A stretch of 64,000 nt of DNA. Source: Candidatus Omnitrophota bacterium (GTDB taxonomy: Bacteria; Omnitrophota; Gorgyraeia; Gygaellales; Profunditerraquicolaceae). Positions 9,730-20,155 of the stretch are shown here, one piece after another. Positions within the stretch are counted from its first letter, which is position 1. The number at the start of each line of letters is the position of its first letter. Where the stretch lies: positions 311,218 to 375,217 of the forward strand of contig QZKH01000003.1 of the NCBI GenBank assembly GCA_003598025.1, given 5' to 3'. The notes under the pieces were generated by a model. That model saw nothing but the letters and a program-made list of their open reading frames with translations. It ran no database searches and had not been told where the DNA came from. The position numbers were made by a program, and so were the translations under genes.

Positions 9730-10932
9730 CTATGATTTAAGGCCTAAAATCCTCAAATACAGGGTCTCAACATCGCCTAACAGGCGCTCTTTATTAAATC
9801 GTTCAAAAACATATTTGCGGGCAGATGCAATAATAATCTGGCGTAAATTGTCTTGGCGCAGGATAAACTCTATGGCTGATGCCAGGACCTCGGGGCTTGA
9901 TTCCGGCCTGATTAACAACCCCCTTTCCATGACTCTAAAACCATTGCAAGATAAACTCGCTTGGCCGGATAAAGGTCCTCCCAATAAATCACCCACCCCC
10001 CCAACATCTGTTGCGATAACTGCCCTGCCTGATGCCATCGCTTCAATCAAAGAAACAGGCGTACCCTCATTTATTGATGTCAAAACAACCAGGTCTAACT
10101 CTTTATAAATGATACTGAGATCTTCCTGCCAGCCAAGAAAATCAACAAATCTGGATATATCTAGCTGCTCTGCGAGCCTTAAAAGCTGCTCCTTAGACTG
10201 GCCGTCACCAACAATTTTAAACCTTAACTTGTCATTGGATTTAAGTAATACTGCTGCGGCATTAAGGAAAAGCGGATGGTTCTTTATAGGAACCAGCCTG
10301 CCAATTATCCCTATCCTGGGACTAACGCCAGCCTCTTTAGCCTGTATATCAAGAAATCTATCCAACTCGAACCCTAAAGGTATAATTTCTATTTTGCTTC
10401 TATTGCCTATGCCCAGCTCCAGCAGTTCTGCCTTTAAACTTGGGCTTAGGGTGATTATTTTATCCGAAACAGAAGCAAGGATTTTCTCAATCTGGACAAA
10501 TACTTTTGTTACAAAATTACTGAAATACCCGTTAAAGACATGCCCGTGAAAAGTATGGACCATTAATGCCGGCTTTCTATAAAAACGGGCACAATTATAG
10601 ATTACCCCTGCTAGCCTGCCTAATGTGCCAGCCTTAGCAGTATGAGTATGTATTATATCCGGCCTTTCCTTAAAAACGATCCTGATTATTTTTAAAAGAG
10701 CAAAAATATCCCTGATTACGCTGATCTGGCGGGATAACTCTGGCACAAAATACGAACCTTGCCCCTTATCCTCATAACCGGATATCTGAGCCTCACCGTT
10801 TTCAAGGCCGCCATAAACAAGCAAAGATGTAAATTGTTCTTTATTGAGGTATTTTGTCAATAATAAAACGTGTATTGCCGGCCCGCCTATATTCAACCTG
10901 GCAATGATCCTGAGCACTTTTACTTTTTTCAT
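9730..10932 (-). CDS. glycosyltransferase family 4 (GT-B)
   Basis: IARLNIGGPA, HTHTAKAG, GRLVPIKNH, EGTPVSLIEAMASG. Confidence 0.92.
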   Translation of the reverse strand: MKKVKVLRIIARLNIGGPAIHVLLLTKYLNKEQFTSLLVYGGLENGEAQISGYEDKGQGSYFVPELSRQISVIRDIFALLKIIRIVFKERPDIIHTHTAKAGTLGRLAGVIYNCARFYRKPALMVHTFHGHVFNGYFSNFVTKVFVQIEKILASVSDKIITLSPSLKAELLELGIGNRSKIEIIPLGFELDRFLDIQAKEAGVSPRIGIIGRLVPIKNHPLFLNAAAVLLKSNDKLRFKIVGDGQSKEQLLRLAEQLDISRFVDFLGWQEDLSIIYKELDLVVLTSINEGTPVSLIEAMASGRAVIATDVGGVGDLLGGPLSGQASLSCNGFRVMERGLLIRPESSPEVLASAIEFILRQDNLRQIIIASARKYVFERFNKERLLGDVETLYLRILGLKS

Positions 10933-10957
10933 TTAAAGATAAGAAAGGAAGGTGTCT

Positions 10958-11929
10958 TTAAGAAGCTTCTTTTTCTTTAAGATAGACAACGATATCTTTT
11001 ATTATCTGTTTCAGGTTATATGTGGACTTAAAACCGATTAATTTCTCAATCTTGCTGGTATCGGGAACCCTTCTCTGCATATCTTCAAAGCCTTCTTCAT
11101 AAGCCTTCTCATAAGGTATATATGCAATCTTGGAGTTGCTTGCTGTGATATCTATAATCTGGTTAGCGAGGTTTTCTATGCTTACTTCCTCCTGGCTTCC
11201 TATATTAAAAACATCCCCAACGGCCTTTGGTTCATTCATGAGTTTAATTATAGCTCTGACAGCATCTTTAACATGCAGGAAACACCTGGTCTGTTTACCG
11301 TTTCCAAAAATGGTTATAGCCTCATTTTTTAGCGCCTGGGAAACAAAACGCGGCATAACCATGCCATATACTCCCGTCTGCCTCGGCCCTACAGTATTAA
11401 AAAGCCTGACTATCACAGAAGGCAAGCCTTTTTCTTTCCAATAAATATAAGCCAGCATCTCATCGACTGCCTTGGCGGTTGAATACCCCCACCTGCTTTT
11501 TAAAGGAGAGCCCAATATCCTGTCATCGTTTTCTTTTAGCGGGCCATTCTTATTTTTACCGTAAATCTCGGAAGTAGAAGTTATAAGTATTTTCTTCTGG
11601 TAACGGTAAGCCATATCAAGAACTATTTCGCTTCCCTTTATATTAGTCGTCAAAGATTCAAGCGGCCTTTTGACAATAAGCTCAACTCCTACAGCCGCAG
11701 CCAAATGAAAAATAACGTCACAGCGCTCGGCAAGCTTATCTATAAGCCGCTCATTAAGTATGCTGCCGACAACAAAATCAAAATCCGGGTTATTTTTAAA
11801 AGATGCCAAGTTCTCAACCCTGCCGGTTGAAAGGTCATCAAGCACAGTTACTTTACTACCGCCTTTTAAAAGTTCTTCACAAAGATGCGAACCTATAAAT
11901 CCTGCTCCTCCGGTTATTAAAGCTTTCAT
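10958..11929 (-). CDS. NAD-dependent nucleotide-sugar epimerase/dehydratase
   Basis: TGGAGFIGS, HLAAAVGV, STSEIYG, YSTAK, RLFNTVGPRQ. Confidence 0.9.
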   Translation of the reverse strand: MKALITGGAGFIGSHLCEELLKGGSKVTVLDDLSTGRVENLASFKNNPDFDFVVGSILNERLIDKLAERCDVIFHLAAAVGVELIVKRPLESLTTNIKGSEIVLDMAYRYQKKILITSTSEIYGKNKNGPLKENDDRILGSPLKSRWGYSTAKAVDEMLAYIYWKEKGLPSVIVRLFNTVGPRQTGVYGMVMPRFVSQALKNEAITIFGNGKQTRCFLHVKDAVRAIIKLMNEPKAVGDVFNIGSQEEVSIENLANQIIDITASNSKIAYIPYEKAYEEGFEDMQRRVPDTSKIEKLIGFKSTYNLKQIIKDIVVYLKEKEAS

Positions 11930-11986
11930 TTATTCCTTTCTGGCTTAGTTTACGCTTATTTGATATTCCATTTTATAATGAATCTG

Positions 11987-13093
11987 TTAATTTTCAACAA
12001 TTTTTACTAATTCTTTACAAATATATTTTACTTGGGACGTCCCCATCTCGGGGTATATAGGAAGGGAAAATACCTCTCTGGATATTTTCTCAGCTGCGGG
12101 GAAATCCCCTCTTTTATACCCAAGCCCCTTATATACTTTTTGCAAATGTATAGGAATAGGATAATGAATAAGTGTATCTACGCCTGCATCTTTTAGGCCC
12201 TGCATGATCTTGTGCCTATCCTTAGACCTTACAGCATAAATATGGTAAACATGTTCTGCCCCATCTATAACTCTGGGGACCACTAAACCTCTGACCCCAT
12301 CAAGCCTTTCGTTGTAAATTTGTGCATATTCCTGCCTTTTTCTGTTCCATTGCTGGAGCCTGGTAAGTTTTACCCTTAATATGGCTGCCTGAATAGTATC
12401 TAAACGGGAATTGTACCCAAGGCTTACGTTTTCATAACGGTTTTTTCTTCCGTATGCCCTAAGCTTCAGCAGTTTGCTATAAATATCCGGCTTGTCGGTT
12501 ATAATCATACCTGCATCTCCAAAAGCGCCAAGGTTCTTGGTAGGATAAAAACTAAAACAACCTATATCCCCGAATGTCCCGGTCATCCGGGTATTCAATC
12601 TGGCTCCGTGGGATTGCGCGCAGTCTTCTATAACATTCAAACCATACTTATCTGCTATTTTGGTTATATCCGGCATCTTAACAGGCTGGCCATAAAGATG
12701 CACCGGCAATATCGCCTTTGTCCTTTTACTAATGGCCGCTTTTATTTTATCAAGATTAATATTGTAACTATCGATGTCCGCATCAACTAATACCGGTTTT
12801 GCCTGGGTATACGTAACAGCAAGGGCTGAAGCAATATAGGTATTTGCCGGCACAATCACTTCATCCCCCTTGCCAACCCCCAGGCTCAATAATCCTAAGA
12901 ACAAAGCATCAGTACCTGAGTTTACTCCCACCCCAAATTTAGAACCGCAAAATTCTGCAAACTCTTTTTCAAATAACCCTACATTATCACCCAGGATAAA
13001 AGAGTCATTCTCCAATACTCTGGATATAGCCGTATCTATCTCATTTTTTAAATCATGGTACTGCCTTCTAAAATCGGCAAAAGGAACTTTCAT
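11987..13093 (-). CDS. DegT/DnrJ/EryC1/StrS family sugar aminotransferase
   Basis: VNSGTDAL, PVHLYGQ, IEDCAQSHGA, SFYPTKNLGAFGDAG (PLP lysine), NSRLDTIQAA. Confidence 0.95.
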   Translation of the reverse strand: MKVPFADFRRQYHDLKNEIDTAISRVLENDSFILGDNVGLFEKEFAEFCGSKFGVGVNSGTDALFLGLLSLGVGKGDEVIVPANTYIASALAVTYTQAKPVLVDADIDSYNINLDKIKAAISKRTKAILPVHLYGQPVKMPDITKIADKYGLNVIEDCAQSHGARLNTRMTGTFGDIGCFSFYPTKNLGAFGDAGMIITDKPDIYSKLLKLRAYGRKNRYENVSLGYNSRLDTIQAAILRVKLTRLQQWNRKRQEYAQIYNERLDGVRGLVVPRVIDGAEHVYHIYAVRSKDRHKIMQGLKDAGVDTLIHYPIPIHLQKVYKGLGYKRGDFPAAEKISREVFSLPIYPEMGTSQVKYICKELVKIVEN

Positions 13094-13102
13094 CTCTCAA
13101 CC

Positions 13103-13720
13103 TTATCCTTTTCTTATAAAGTGGCCAAGCAACAGGCTTCTTGATTTTACTTTATCCCAATACGGCGAATCTGCAATTAATATCAAAAGAAGGGTTAAAA
13201 AATCGATTTTTAGAATCAAATTAAAAATATTTATCTGCCTTCCTGATAACAATGCTAATAAAAGATAGACGACCATAATTACAGAAAGAAAAATAAAAAG
13301 TTTTATCGGCGGAAAAGATAAGTCCGGCGTGAATATTTTTTTTACCAGCCTTGCCAATAGCGACGCATCAATCAAACTGATTAAATCTGAATTGCGATTC
13401 GTTGACTTGTCATTTAAGAAAATATTATTTATGTTATTTTTGGAAGTCAACCTGTTTAAAACCCCCATGTGCAATAATCCTGCCGGTAAACATAGCGTTT
13501 TGATTATGGCATTAATCACTAAGCTACTTTCGATTGTTTTACTCAAAAAACACCAATATTTTAAAAATATGCTGTTTTCTCTCCATAAAGAAACAGCAAC
13601 GCCCAGTTTAGTCACCATCATCATTATGCATTTCTTTAAACAATTATAAGCTAAACTGTTAATAAAAAACGATAAAATCAGGCTATTTCTTAAACTGTTA
13701 TTAAATAAATTCATATTCAT
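13103..13720 (-). CDS. hypothetical membrane protein
   Basis: 205 aa ORF in operon position (TAATG coupling), C-terminal hydrophobic helices, no recognised motif. Confidence 0.6.
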   Translation of the reverse strand: MNMNLFNNSLRNSLILSFFINSLAYNCLKKCIMMMVTKLGVAVSLWRENSIFLKYWCFLSKTIESSLVINAIIKTLCLPAGLLHMGVLNRLTSKNNINNIFLNDKSTNRNSDLISLIDASLLARLVKKIFTPDLSFPPIKLFIFLSVIMVVYLLLALLSGRQINIFNLILKIDFLTLLLILIADSPYWDKVKSRSLLLGHFIRKG

Positions 13721-14262
13721 TATTTCTGTATTTCCAGGATTTCTCCATTGATATCATACTTATCTGTTTTAAAAAGAAATTGCCCTCCTATCTTAAGCGG
13801 GACATTATTGTAATAAACCCTGTTGCCCTCCCTGGATACCCTTAAAGATATTTTTACTATTATACTTTTCAATTCAGGATGCTCGGATACCACGGAATTA
13901 GTTATTAAATATACAGGCCTGACAGAGATTATCTCCTTAATTTCAACACCAGGATCATCTTCTTTTTTATCGCCGACAGCGATAGCATTAGCCAGCCATT
14001 CCGAATATCCCGGGAACTTTATTATAAGCGAGATCTGTTCAAGATTAGACCTTACTTCCTTATTCTCGGCTTCCTGGGAAACGACTATCACTGAAGTAAC
14101 GGCTTTATCGATATCGCTTCTCTGGGCAGAATGCTCCAATTTTTTTAAATAAGATTTTTTTATGAAAAAGGAAGAAGAAATATAAACTATCAGAATCAGG
14201 ATAAGTAAATCAATAATGTTAATCTTGCCGAATAAATTTCCTTTATCGTCGATAAGCTTCAT
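13720..14262 (-). CDS. DUF4330-like membrane-anchored protein
   Basis: N-terminus MKLIDDKGNLFGKINIIDLLIL and C-terminus LKIGGQFLFKTDKYDINGEI are typical of DUF4330. GGAGG RBS upstream. Confidence 0.75.
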   Translation of the reverse strand: MKLIDDKGNLFGKINIIDLLILILIVYISSSFFIKKSYLKKLEHSAQRSDIDKAVTSVIVVSQEAENKEVRSNLEQISLIIKFPGYSEWLANAIAVGDKKEDDPGVEIKEIISVRPVYLITNSVVSEHPELKSIIVKISLRVSREGNRVYYNNVPLKIGGQFLFKTDKYDINGEILEIQK

Positions 14263-14289
14263 TTGGCTTGCCTCCTTTTGGCCGAAGTT

Positions 14290-16158
14290 TTAAATCCATC
14301 CTTTGAACCAATAATATACGATTGCCGAATACTCATGTATAAAAGCTTTTATTTGAGCCAAATTTACCTGCTGCAAGGTATTTTCTGCCGGGTTGTTTAT
14401 CCTGCGCATATAAAAAATACTTGAAGGAACCGGACAATAAGTAAAATTAATATTGCCTGCCAGTTTCTTACTTACAAGATAAAGCCTGCGCATATGGTAT
14501 GGCGAGCTGACTACTATAATATTCGACATTTTATTCTCACTCAAGAGCTTTTTAATATTAGTCACGTGTTCATATGTATTTTTGGAAGCGCTCTCAAGGA
14601 TTATCGCTTCCTCAGGCACTCCTAAAGAAATAGCTAATGCTTTCATAACAAGCGGTTCATTAAAGATATAAACAAAACCGGATGAAAAAACTAAATGATC
14701 TGCATAGCCCTGTTTATATAGCTCAATTGCATATTTCACCCTCTCTTCATAACTGTATCCTGCCAGGCCGGTTTCCCCAACCCCGCCTGCTAAAACTACT
14801 ATGGCGTCAGATTTAACCGGGGCTTCAGAGATCTTCAATGGATCAGCCAAGAACCACATCAAAGGTGTGTAAAAAATTAGGATATAAAGTGCTCCGGACA
14901 ATAAAGCTGACTTTATAAAATTCCTTTTTGTGCGATTATATATCTTTAAGAAATTATCTTTCCAGTCATGCCTTTTCTTATCTGCCTCATCTATGGCAAC
15001 GCTGATTAAAGCAGTCATCTGGTTTATTCTCTGCTTCCAGCTGTTTTTCTTAGCCACGGCGATCCTTTTATTGAAATCTGCCTGAGAATTTACCGCAATG
15101 GCAGATTTTATCTTATCACAAAAATCTTCCGGTTTATTTGCGACAAAAATAATATTATCATTTTCTTTATTAAAGTACCTTACTTCGGGGATGTCTGTAG
15201 AAATAACTGCCTTACCCATAGCCATATATTCATTTAATTTAGTGGGATACACGTTCTTAGTATACTCTGTCAATAGATAAGGTATTATACAAGCGTCAAA
15301 ACAGTTTATATATGCGGGCAGGCTCTTGTGGTCCTTTTTCCCGAGAAAATAAATATTTCTGATATTACTCAACTCCTGAAGGTCAGTCTGCGCAGGCCCG
15401 ATAAATACAAAGGAATATTCAGGCATTAAAAGAGCTGCCTGCTTTATTAACTTCAGGTCAAGCCAACGGTGCAGGCCGCCTACATAACCTACTATAGGAT
15501 GTTTAATCTGCCTCAGATCATCCGGCACATTCAAAACCCCGGACCTGGCCTTTTCGAAATATTCGTAATCTACCGCAAAAGGAAAAAGATAAACTTTCTT
15601 ATTAAATTGCAGCGAGTAGTTATAAAGTTCATGTGATGTAACAAAAACAAGATCTGCATTTTTTAACAGGTTAATCTCAGAATCAACGATTTTTTTTGCA
15701 AATTTGGAACTGACCCTGAAATTGTCAATACAGTAATAAACCACGATTTTGTAATTAAAATTATTAACGATCTTCATTGTAAGCGGCGTGGGCAAGAAAA
15801 CCCAGATAATCGGGTCAGAAAAATCCATGGCCTTTACCCACTTATTTAATACTGACATAACTATGCGGCTATTGATGAAATTTGCGATTTTCAGGTATGG
15901 AAACGGCAATACTAAAGGAGAATATATGTATAGGTTATTATCCTGCTTACGTATACCGCCAATTCCGGAAAACCAGTTTTTTATCCTTTTTTTTATCCTT
16001 CCGAAATCCCTCACTCCGGGAGAGCGGGCTCCGGTATTTTCAATAAAAAGGACACGGTTATCATTCTTAGCAAGGTTAGACATTATCTCCTGGTGCCCCT
16101 GCCAGATAAAATCCCAATCAATGGAAGATATGCATATTATATTTCTATTCTTTAACAT
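14290..16158 (-). CDS. GT4 (TuaH-like) glycosyltransferase fused to a YdcF/ElyC (DUF218) domain
   Basis: N-term SSIDWDFIWQGHQ, YYCID, PTKLNEYMAMGK; one TM helix; then DAIVVLAGG, FSSG, SKNTYE, VSSPYHMRR, HEY (DUF218). Confidence 0.85.
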   Translation of the reverse strand: MLKNRNIICISSIDWDFIWQGHQEIMSNLAKNDNRVLFIENTGARSPGVRDFGRIKKRIKNWFSGIGGIRKQDNNLYIYSPLVLPFPYLKIANFINSRIVMSVLNKWVKAMDFSDPIIWVFLPTPLTMKIVNNFNYKIVVYYCIDNFRVSSKFAKKIVDSEINLLKNADLVFVTSHELYNYSLQFNKKVYLFPFAVDYEYFEKARSGVLNVPDDLRQIKHPIVGYVGGLHRWLDLKLIKQAALLMPEYSFVFIGPAQTDLQELSNIRNIYFLGKKDHKSLPAYINCFDACIIPYLLTEYTKNVYPTKLNEYMAMGKAVISTDIPEVRYFNKENDNIIFVANKPEDFCDKIKSAIAVNSQADFNKRIAVAKKNSWKQRINQMTALISVAIDEADKKRHDWKDNFLKIYNRTKRNFIKSALLSGALYILIFYTPLMWFLADPLKISEAPVKSDAIVVLAGGVGETGLAGYSYEERVKYAIELYKQGYADHLVFSSGFVYIFNEPLVMKALAISLGVPEEAIILESASKNTYEHVTNIKKLLSENKMSNIIVVSSPYHMRRLYLVSKKLAGNINFTYCPVPSSIFYMRRINNPAENTLQQVNLAQIKAFIHEYSAIVYYWFKGWI

Positions 16159-16995
16159 TTATATTCTTCTTCCCCAGGTTACCCATCCTGCTAACCCTTT
16201 GAGCTTAGTTATATTGATATCAGAAAACCCGCATCCTCTAAGAAGGTCTGTTAGCTGGCTTCTGCTGTACCTGTGTTCGATCGGAGCAGCAAAACGGTCA
16301 TAAATATCTCCGGCAACAGAAAATAGATGCGTCCCAAAATTAAACGGCATATTGCCTGACAGCTTCCTGGTCAGACTGAACCTCCTCATTACCTTTGCAG
16401 GGTAAGAAAAGAATAAAACAACAAAAGGAGATGCGATGTATGATAAAATCAATAAAATCTTGGAAGGGACCTTAAGCGTAAACACCCTTATCAGGCTGAC
16501 AAATTTAACAGCTGAATATTTTATCGGGTTATCCGAATGATCCTCGTATAAATACAAAAAAACATGGGCTTCTTTTTTTATAACCCGCGCGATCTCTCTA
16601 AGCGACTTTTCAGGGTCTATAGTATGGTGCAACACCCCGAAGGAATATGCAAAATCAAAGATCTCATCCTTAAACGGTAAATTGATTGCTGATGCCTTTA
16701 CCAGCTTCACATTTGGCAGACCTTTGCATAGGTCTTTTGTCTCATAAATCCCATCGCTTAATTCCAGGCTGCAAATCATTACGGACTTATTGGCTTTAGC
16801 CATTGATAAGGTATCACAACCGCAGCCTGACCCAACCTCAAGCCCCCTGCAGCCCCTGATAATCTGCTCGGGTATTACCTCCTGCATCCTCTCATAGTGG
16901 GATTTTGCCAATAAACCATCTTTATCAGCCTTTCTCCACAAATATGAGTAAACCGAGCTTGTTTTCTTTTCCTTATCCGACTCCGCCATATTCAC
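16159..16995 (-). CDS. class I SAM-dependent methyltransferase
   Basis: LEVGSGCG, LPFKDEIFDFAYSFGVLHH. The true start may be ATG 16989. Confidence 0.9.
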   Translation of the reverse strand: MNMAESDKEKKTSSVYSYLWRKADKDGLLAKSHYERMQEVIPEQIIRGCRGLEVGSGCGCDTLSMAKANKSVMICSLELSDGIYETKDLCKGLPNVKLVKASAINLPFKDEIFDFAYSFGVLHHTIDPEKSLREIARVIKKEAHVFLYLYEDHSDNPIKYSAVKFVSLIRVFTLKVPSKILLILSYIASPFVVLFFSYPAKVMRRFSLTRKLSGNMPFNFGTHLFSVAGDIYDRFAAPIEHRYSRSQLTDLLRGCGFSDINITKLKGLAGWVTWGRRI

Positions 16996-17059
16996 TTGAC
17001 CTTACCGTTGTTTAAATATAAGTATTTTAGTACGGAAATATAATTAATGCACCTGATTT

Positions 17060-18469
17060 CTATCGGTTCCTCTTAAAAATATTGAGAACAGCCGTCTTTG
17101 ACATATTAAGAAACTCCAAAACCAGCATCTTTGCCTCAAACACCGTCTTTAGTTTTGTTATCCTGTCAAATATGTATTCTGGCCTCAAATAGAACCTCCT
17201 GAAGGCAATATCCCTTAATTCTCTCAATCTCTGATAGGGTATACTGCCGGTCTCAATTACGGGGCTAAAAGAACCGTCGAAACTGCCGTCATCTGAGTTG
17301 AGCCAGTCATTCTCCAGACATTCTTTACGCAATTCTGTCCCAACTATGGGAATGGCAAAATTAAACGAAGCATAATCACATCTAAGCTTGATTGCAAAAT
17401 CAATTGTATTTATAATATCTTCTTCGCTTTCACCGGGTATTCCTATAATAAAATATCCTATAGTCTTTATACCATGCTTATGAGCTAACCTGAAAGCCTG
17501 CTCTATGGTCTCAATCTTCATATTTTTTGAATAACGGTCCAATATCATCTGGTTTGCAGATTCTACTCCGATATGTATAGCATGGCAACCTGCGCGCTTC
17601 ATGGAAACCATGCGTTCCTCATCTATTGAATCAGCCCTCATATCACATACCCATCCGAGCTTTATCTTATTTTCTATGATATTCTGGCAAAGCGCCAAAG
17701 CGTGTTTCTTTACGCTTCCAAATGAAACATCCCTGAAAAAAACTTCCCTTATCCCTAATTTCTCTACATACCTTAATTCATCGGTTATGTTATCCACATC
17801 TCTCATAATATACGGTATATTGGAAGAAACACAGAAAGCGCATTTACCTACACACCCATAGCTTGATATCACGCTGGTCAGCGGGATCCTCCTCCCATGG
17901 CTCAGCCTGTATTTGGAAAAGTCAAGCTGTTCATGCCTTGGGACAGGATAACTAAAATAACCTGTAGAATACTTTGTCTTCCCGCAAATTACCACGTCAT
18001 TCTTCCTGACAGCTAAATTGTTTAATTCTGACGTATCATTTTTCAGAAATCCTAATATGTCATCGCTGGTAAAATTTAATAATACTGCGTCCAAAAAAAC
18101 ATTATCCTGCATCTCCTGAACAGGGTTATTCCGCAAAAATCCGCCTTCCCCGATTATAAGCATGTCTCTAAATGAATTCTTTACTTTATAGGCAAATCCC
18201 AAGTCGTTACACTTGCTTGACGACCCGGCCATAAATATTAAAGCATACGGAGCGGCCTTTTTAATAATCTCCATCGTTTGATCGTTAGTAAGCCTTAACG
18301 CATTGGCGTCAATTATACTAATGTCAAATTCTTTAGAAAGTATCCCGCTTAGGACAAGAAGGTCAACCTGAGGCCAGCAATATAGCCCTTTTGAAACTGT
18401 GCTACTATACATATCGCGCATGTTTAAAGTAGGTGCCGGAGGATTCAATAAGACTATTTTTTCTTTCAT
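17060..18469 (-). CDS. B12-binding domain radical SAM protein
   Basis: N-term VLLNPP...IDAN cobalamin-binding-type region; SYGCVGKCAFC (CxxxCxxC); GVESANQ, YFIIGIPGE. Confidence 0.85.
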   Translation of the reverse strand: MKEKIVLLNPPAPTLNMRDMYSSTVSKGLYCWPQVDLLVLSGILSKEFDISIIDANALRLTNDQTMEIIKKAAPYALIFMAGSSSKCNDLGFAYKVKNSFRDMLIIGEGGFLRNNPVQEMQDNVFLDAVLLNFTSDDILGFLKNDTSELNNLAVRKNDVVICGKTKYSTGYFSYPVPRHEQLDFSKYRLSHGRRIPLTSVISSYGCVGKCAFCVSSNIPYIMRDVDNITDELRYVEKLGIREVFFRDVSFGSVKKHALALCQNIIENKIKLGWVCDMRADSIDEERMVSMKRAGCHAIHIGVESANQMILDRYSKNMKIETIEQAFRLAHKHGIKTIGYFIIGIPGESEEDIINTIDFAIKLRCDYASFNFAIPIVGTELRKECLENDWLNSDDGSFDGSFSPVIETGSIPYQRLRELRDIAFRRFYLRPEYIFDRITKLKTVFEAKMLVLEFLNMSKTAVLNIFKRNR

Positions 18470-19446
18470 GTAATCAGGCCTTTTGATTTAATGCAGCTTA
18501 TAAGGTCGGTTATAGTAGTATCGAGGCTTAAGTAATCCATTTTTAGCAAGCTTCTTGATTTAGAGTTATCACAGAAGTTATTTTCTCTGACCATATTAAC
18601 CTTGGCTACTGTAACCGGCGGGTTAATTTTAGTGATCTTAGCTGATTTTTCGGCAAAAAAAGCCAATGCTAATGCTGCAGGATATGGCAATTCCAGCAGC
18701 ATTTTCTTGTTTTTTGAAATATCGGCGACTTTAATTAAGAAATCGCGCAAAGTAATATTTACATTACCCAATATATACCTCTGCCGGGGAAGACCCAGAT
18801 TAATGGCTTTCAGGATTCCCATGGCAACATCCCGCACATCTACAAGGTTAAAGTTACCGTTAATAAAAAGAAAAACCAGCCTGCTTTTTAAATAATCCGC
18901 GGTTACCTTGTTTATCCCCGCCTGTATAGAATGGAATGGCCCGATTACAGAAGTAGGGTTGACTATGGTTATAGGCAACCCACGGCCGCTATAATCAATA
19001 GCCAATTTCTCAGCTAATAATTTAGAGCGGACATACCCATCGCATGAATGAGAAGAAAAATACTGGCTGCTTTCGTCAATGAGCTGGCCTTTGCCTTGCC
19101 CTGACAAAGTCGCTCTCGTGCTTACATAAATAACTTTCTTAAAGCTTAAAGATAAAGCAGAATCCAACAAATTCTTTGTTCCTAAGAAATTTATTGTGTT
19201 ATAGCTATCTTCATTTATGACCCAGGGAGCGCTTACGGCAGCAAGATGCACAAGCGTGTCACAGCCGGACATGCATTTTTCCAAAGAGCGTCTGTCTCTT
19301 ATATCTCCACGGACAACTTCGAACGGACAACCAGACAAAACCGATCCCTCCCTAAGAAGGACCCTTGCGTCCAAATTATTATTCTTAAGCAATACAATAA
19401 AATGCCTGCCGATAAAACCAGTAGCCCCAGTGACAAAAATCTTCAT
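18466..19446 (-). CDS. NAD-dependent epimerase/dehydratase (dihydroflavonol reductase/HpnA-like)
   Basis: VTGATGFIG, YVRSK, VNPTSVIGP, VDVRDVA, RYILG. Confidence 0.85.
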   Translation of the reverse strand: MKIFVTGATGFIGRHFIVLLKNNNLDARVLLREGSVLSGCPFEVVRGDIRDRRSLEKCMSGCDTLVHLAAVSAPWVINEDSYNTINFLGTKNLLDSALSLSFKKVIYVSTRATLSGQGKGQLIDESSQYFSSHSCDGYVRSKLLAEKLAIDYSGRGLPITIVNPTSVIGPFHSIQAGINKVTADYLKSRLVFLFINGNFNLVDVRDVAMGILKAINLGLPRQRYILGNVNITLRDFLIKVADISKNKKMLLELPYPAALALAFFAEKSAKITKINPPVTVAKVNMVRENNFCDNSKSRSLLKMDYLSLDTTITDLISCIKSKGLIT

Positions 19447-19447
19447 G

Positions 19448-20155
19448 TTATCTGTTTTTAATGTTTAAATTGATATACAGGCGGACTAAATCCCTTAAGG
19501 TGCAACATGCCCTTTTAAAGAAACCATACCTGGTAGGCCTGATTTCAGCGACTTCAACAGGCAATTCCACTATCGAAAGTCCGGCTCTTTGCGCCCGGAT
19601 CATAAGCTCGGTATCAAATAACTCTTTCTCTAAAACGCACTTATCGATAAACAAGTTTACCTTCTGGCTACTGATAACCTTGATACCATGGGTATCTGTC
19701 CCCTTATACCTGAATGTAACTTTAATCAGAATGTTTAAAAGCATGGTAATAAATTTACGGGTAAACGGCCTATTATCGCGGGAACCTGACAGGACTTTTG
19801 AACCGACGATAAAGTCATTATTCTTTAAAAGCTGCAACGATTCTTTTAAAAATTTTATATCCCAAAAATCGATATTAAAAATGGCTATATTCATGCCTGA
19901 TGCATTTTTAATCCCGGCCTTTAAGGCCTTGCCGTAATTAGACTCAGGCAGGCTGATCAAGCGAAACTCCCGCGGATATGCTTTTTGAAGCGACCTGCAG
20001 ATATTCAGGGTATTATCAGAGCTGCCGTTTTCGATTATTATCACCTCAAAATCTTCTATATTTCCTGCTTTGGCCTCTTGTATAATGGTTGACACTGAAG
20101 ATTCAATATACTTCTCTTCGTTATATGCAGGGATGACAATGGAAAGTTTATTCAT
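19448..20155 (-). CDS. glycosyltransferase family 2 (polyprenol-phosphate sugar synthase-like)
   Basis: SIVIPAYNEE, ENGSSDNT, YGKALKAG, FDTEL. Confidence 0.85.
   Translation of the reverse strand: MNKLSIVIPAYNEEKYIESSVSTIIQEAKAGNIEDFEVIIIENGSSDNTLNICRSLQKAYPREFRLISLPESNYGKALKAGIKNASGMNIAIFNIDFWDIKFLKESLQLLKNNDFIVGSKVLSGSRDNRPFTRKFITMLLNILIKVTFRYKGTDTHGIKVISSQKVNLFIDKCVLEKELFDTELMIRAQRAGLSIVELPVEVAEIRPTRYGFFKRACCTLRDLVRLYINLNIKNR

Noticed and set aside
9996-10002. G7 homopolymer in a GT4 gene as a phase-variation tract
   Set aside because: Short, in frame, and encodes the conserved DVGG motif; the A7-A8 runs elsewhere are expected at this AT content.
11856-11863. ops-like GGCGGTAG on the minus strand
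   Set aside because: It lies inside a coding sequence (GGS codons), lacks the rest of the ops/JUMPstart context, and no RfaH is seen.
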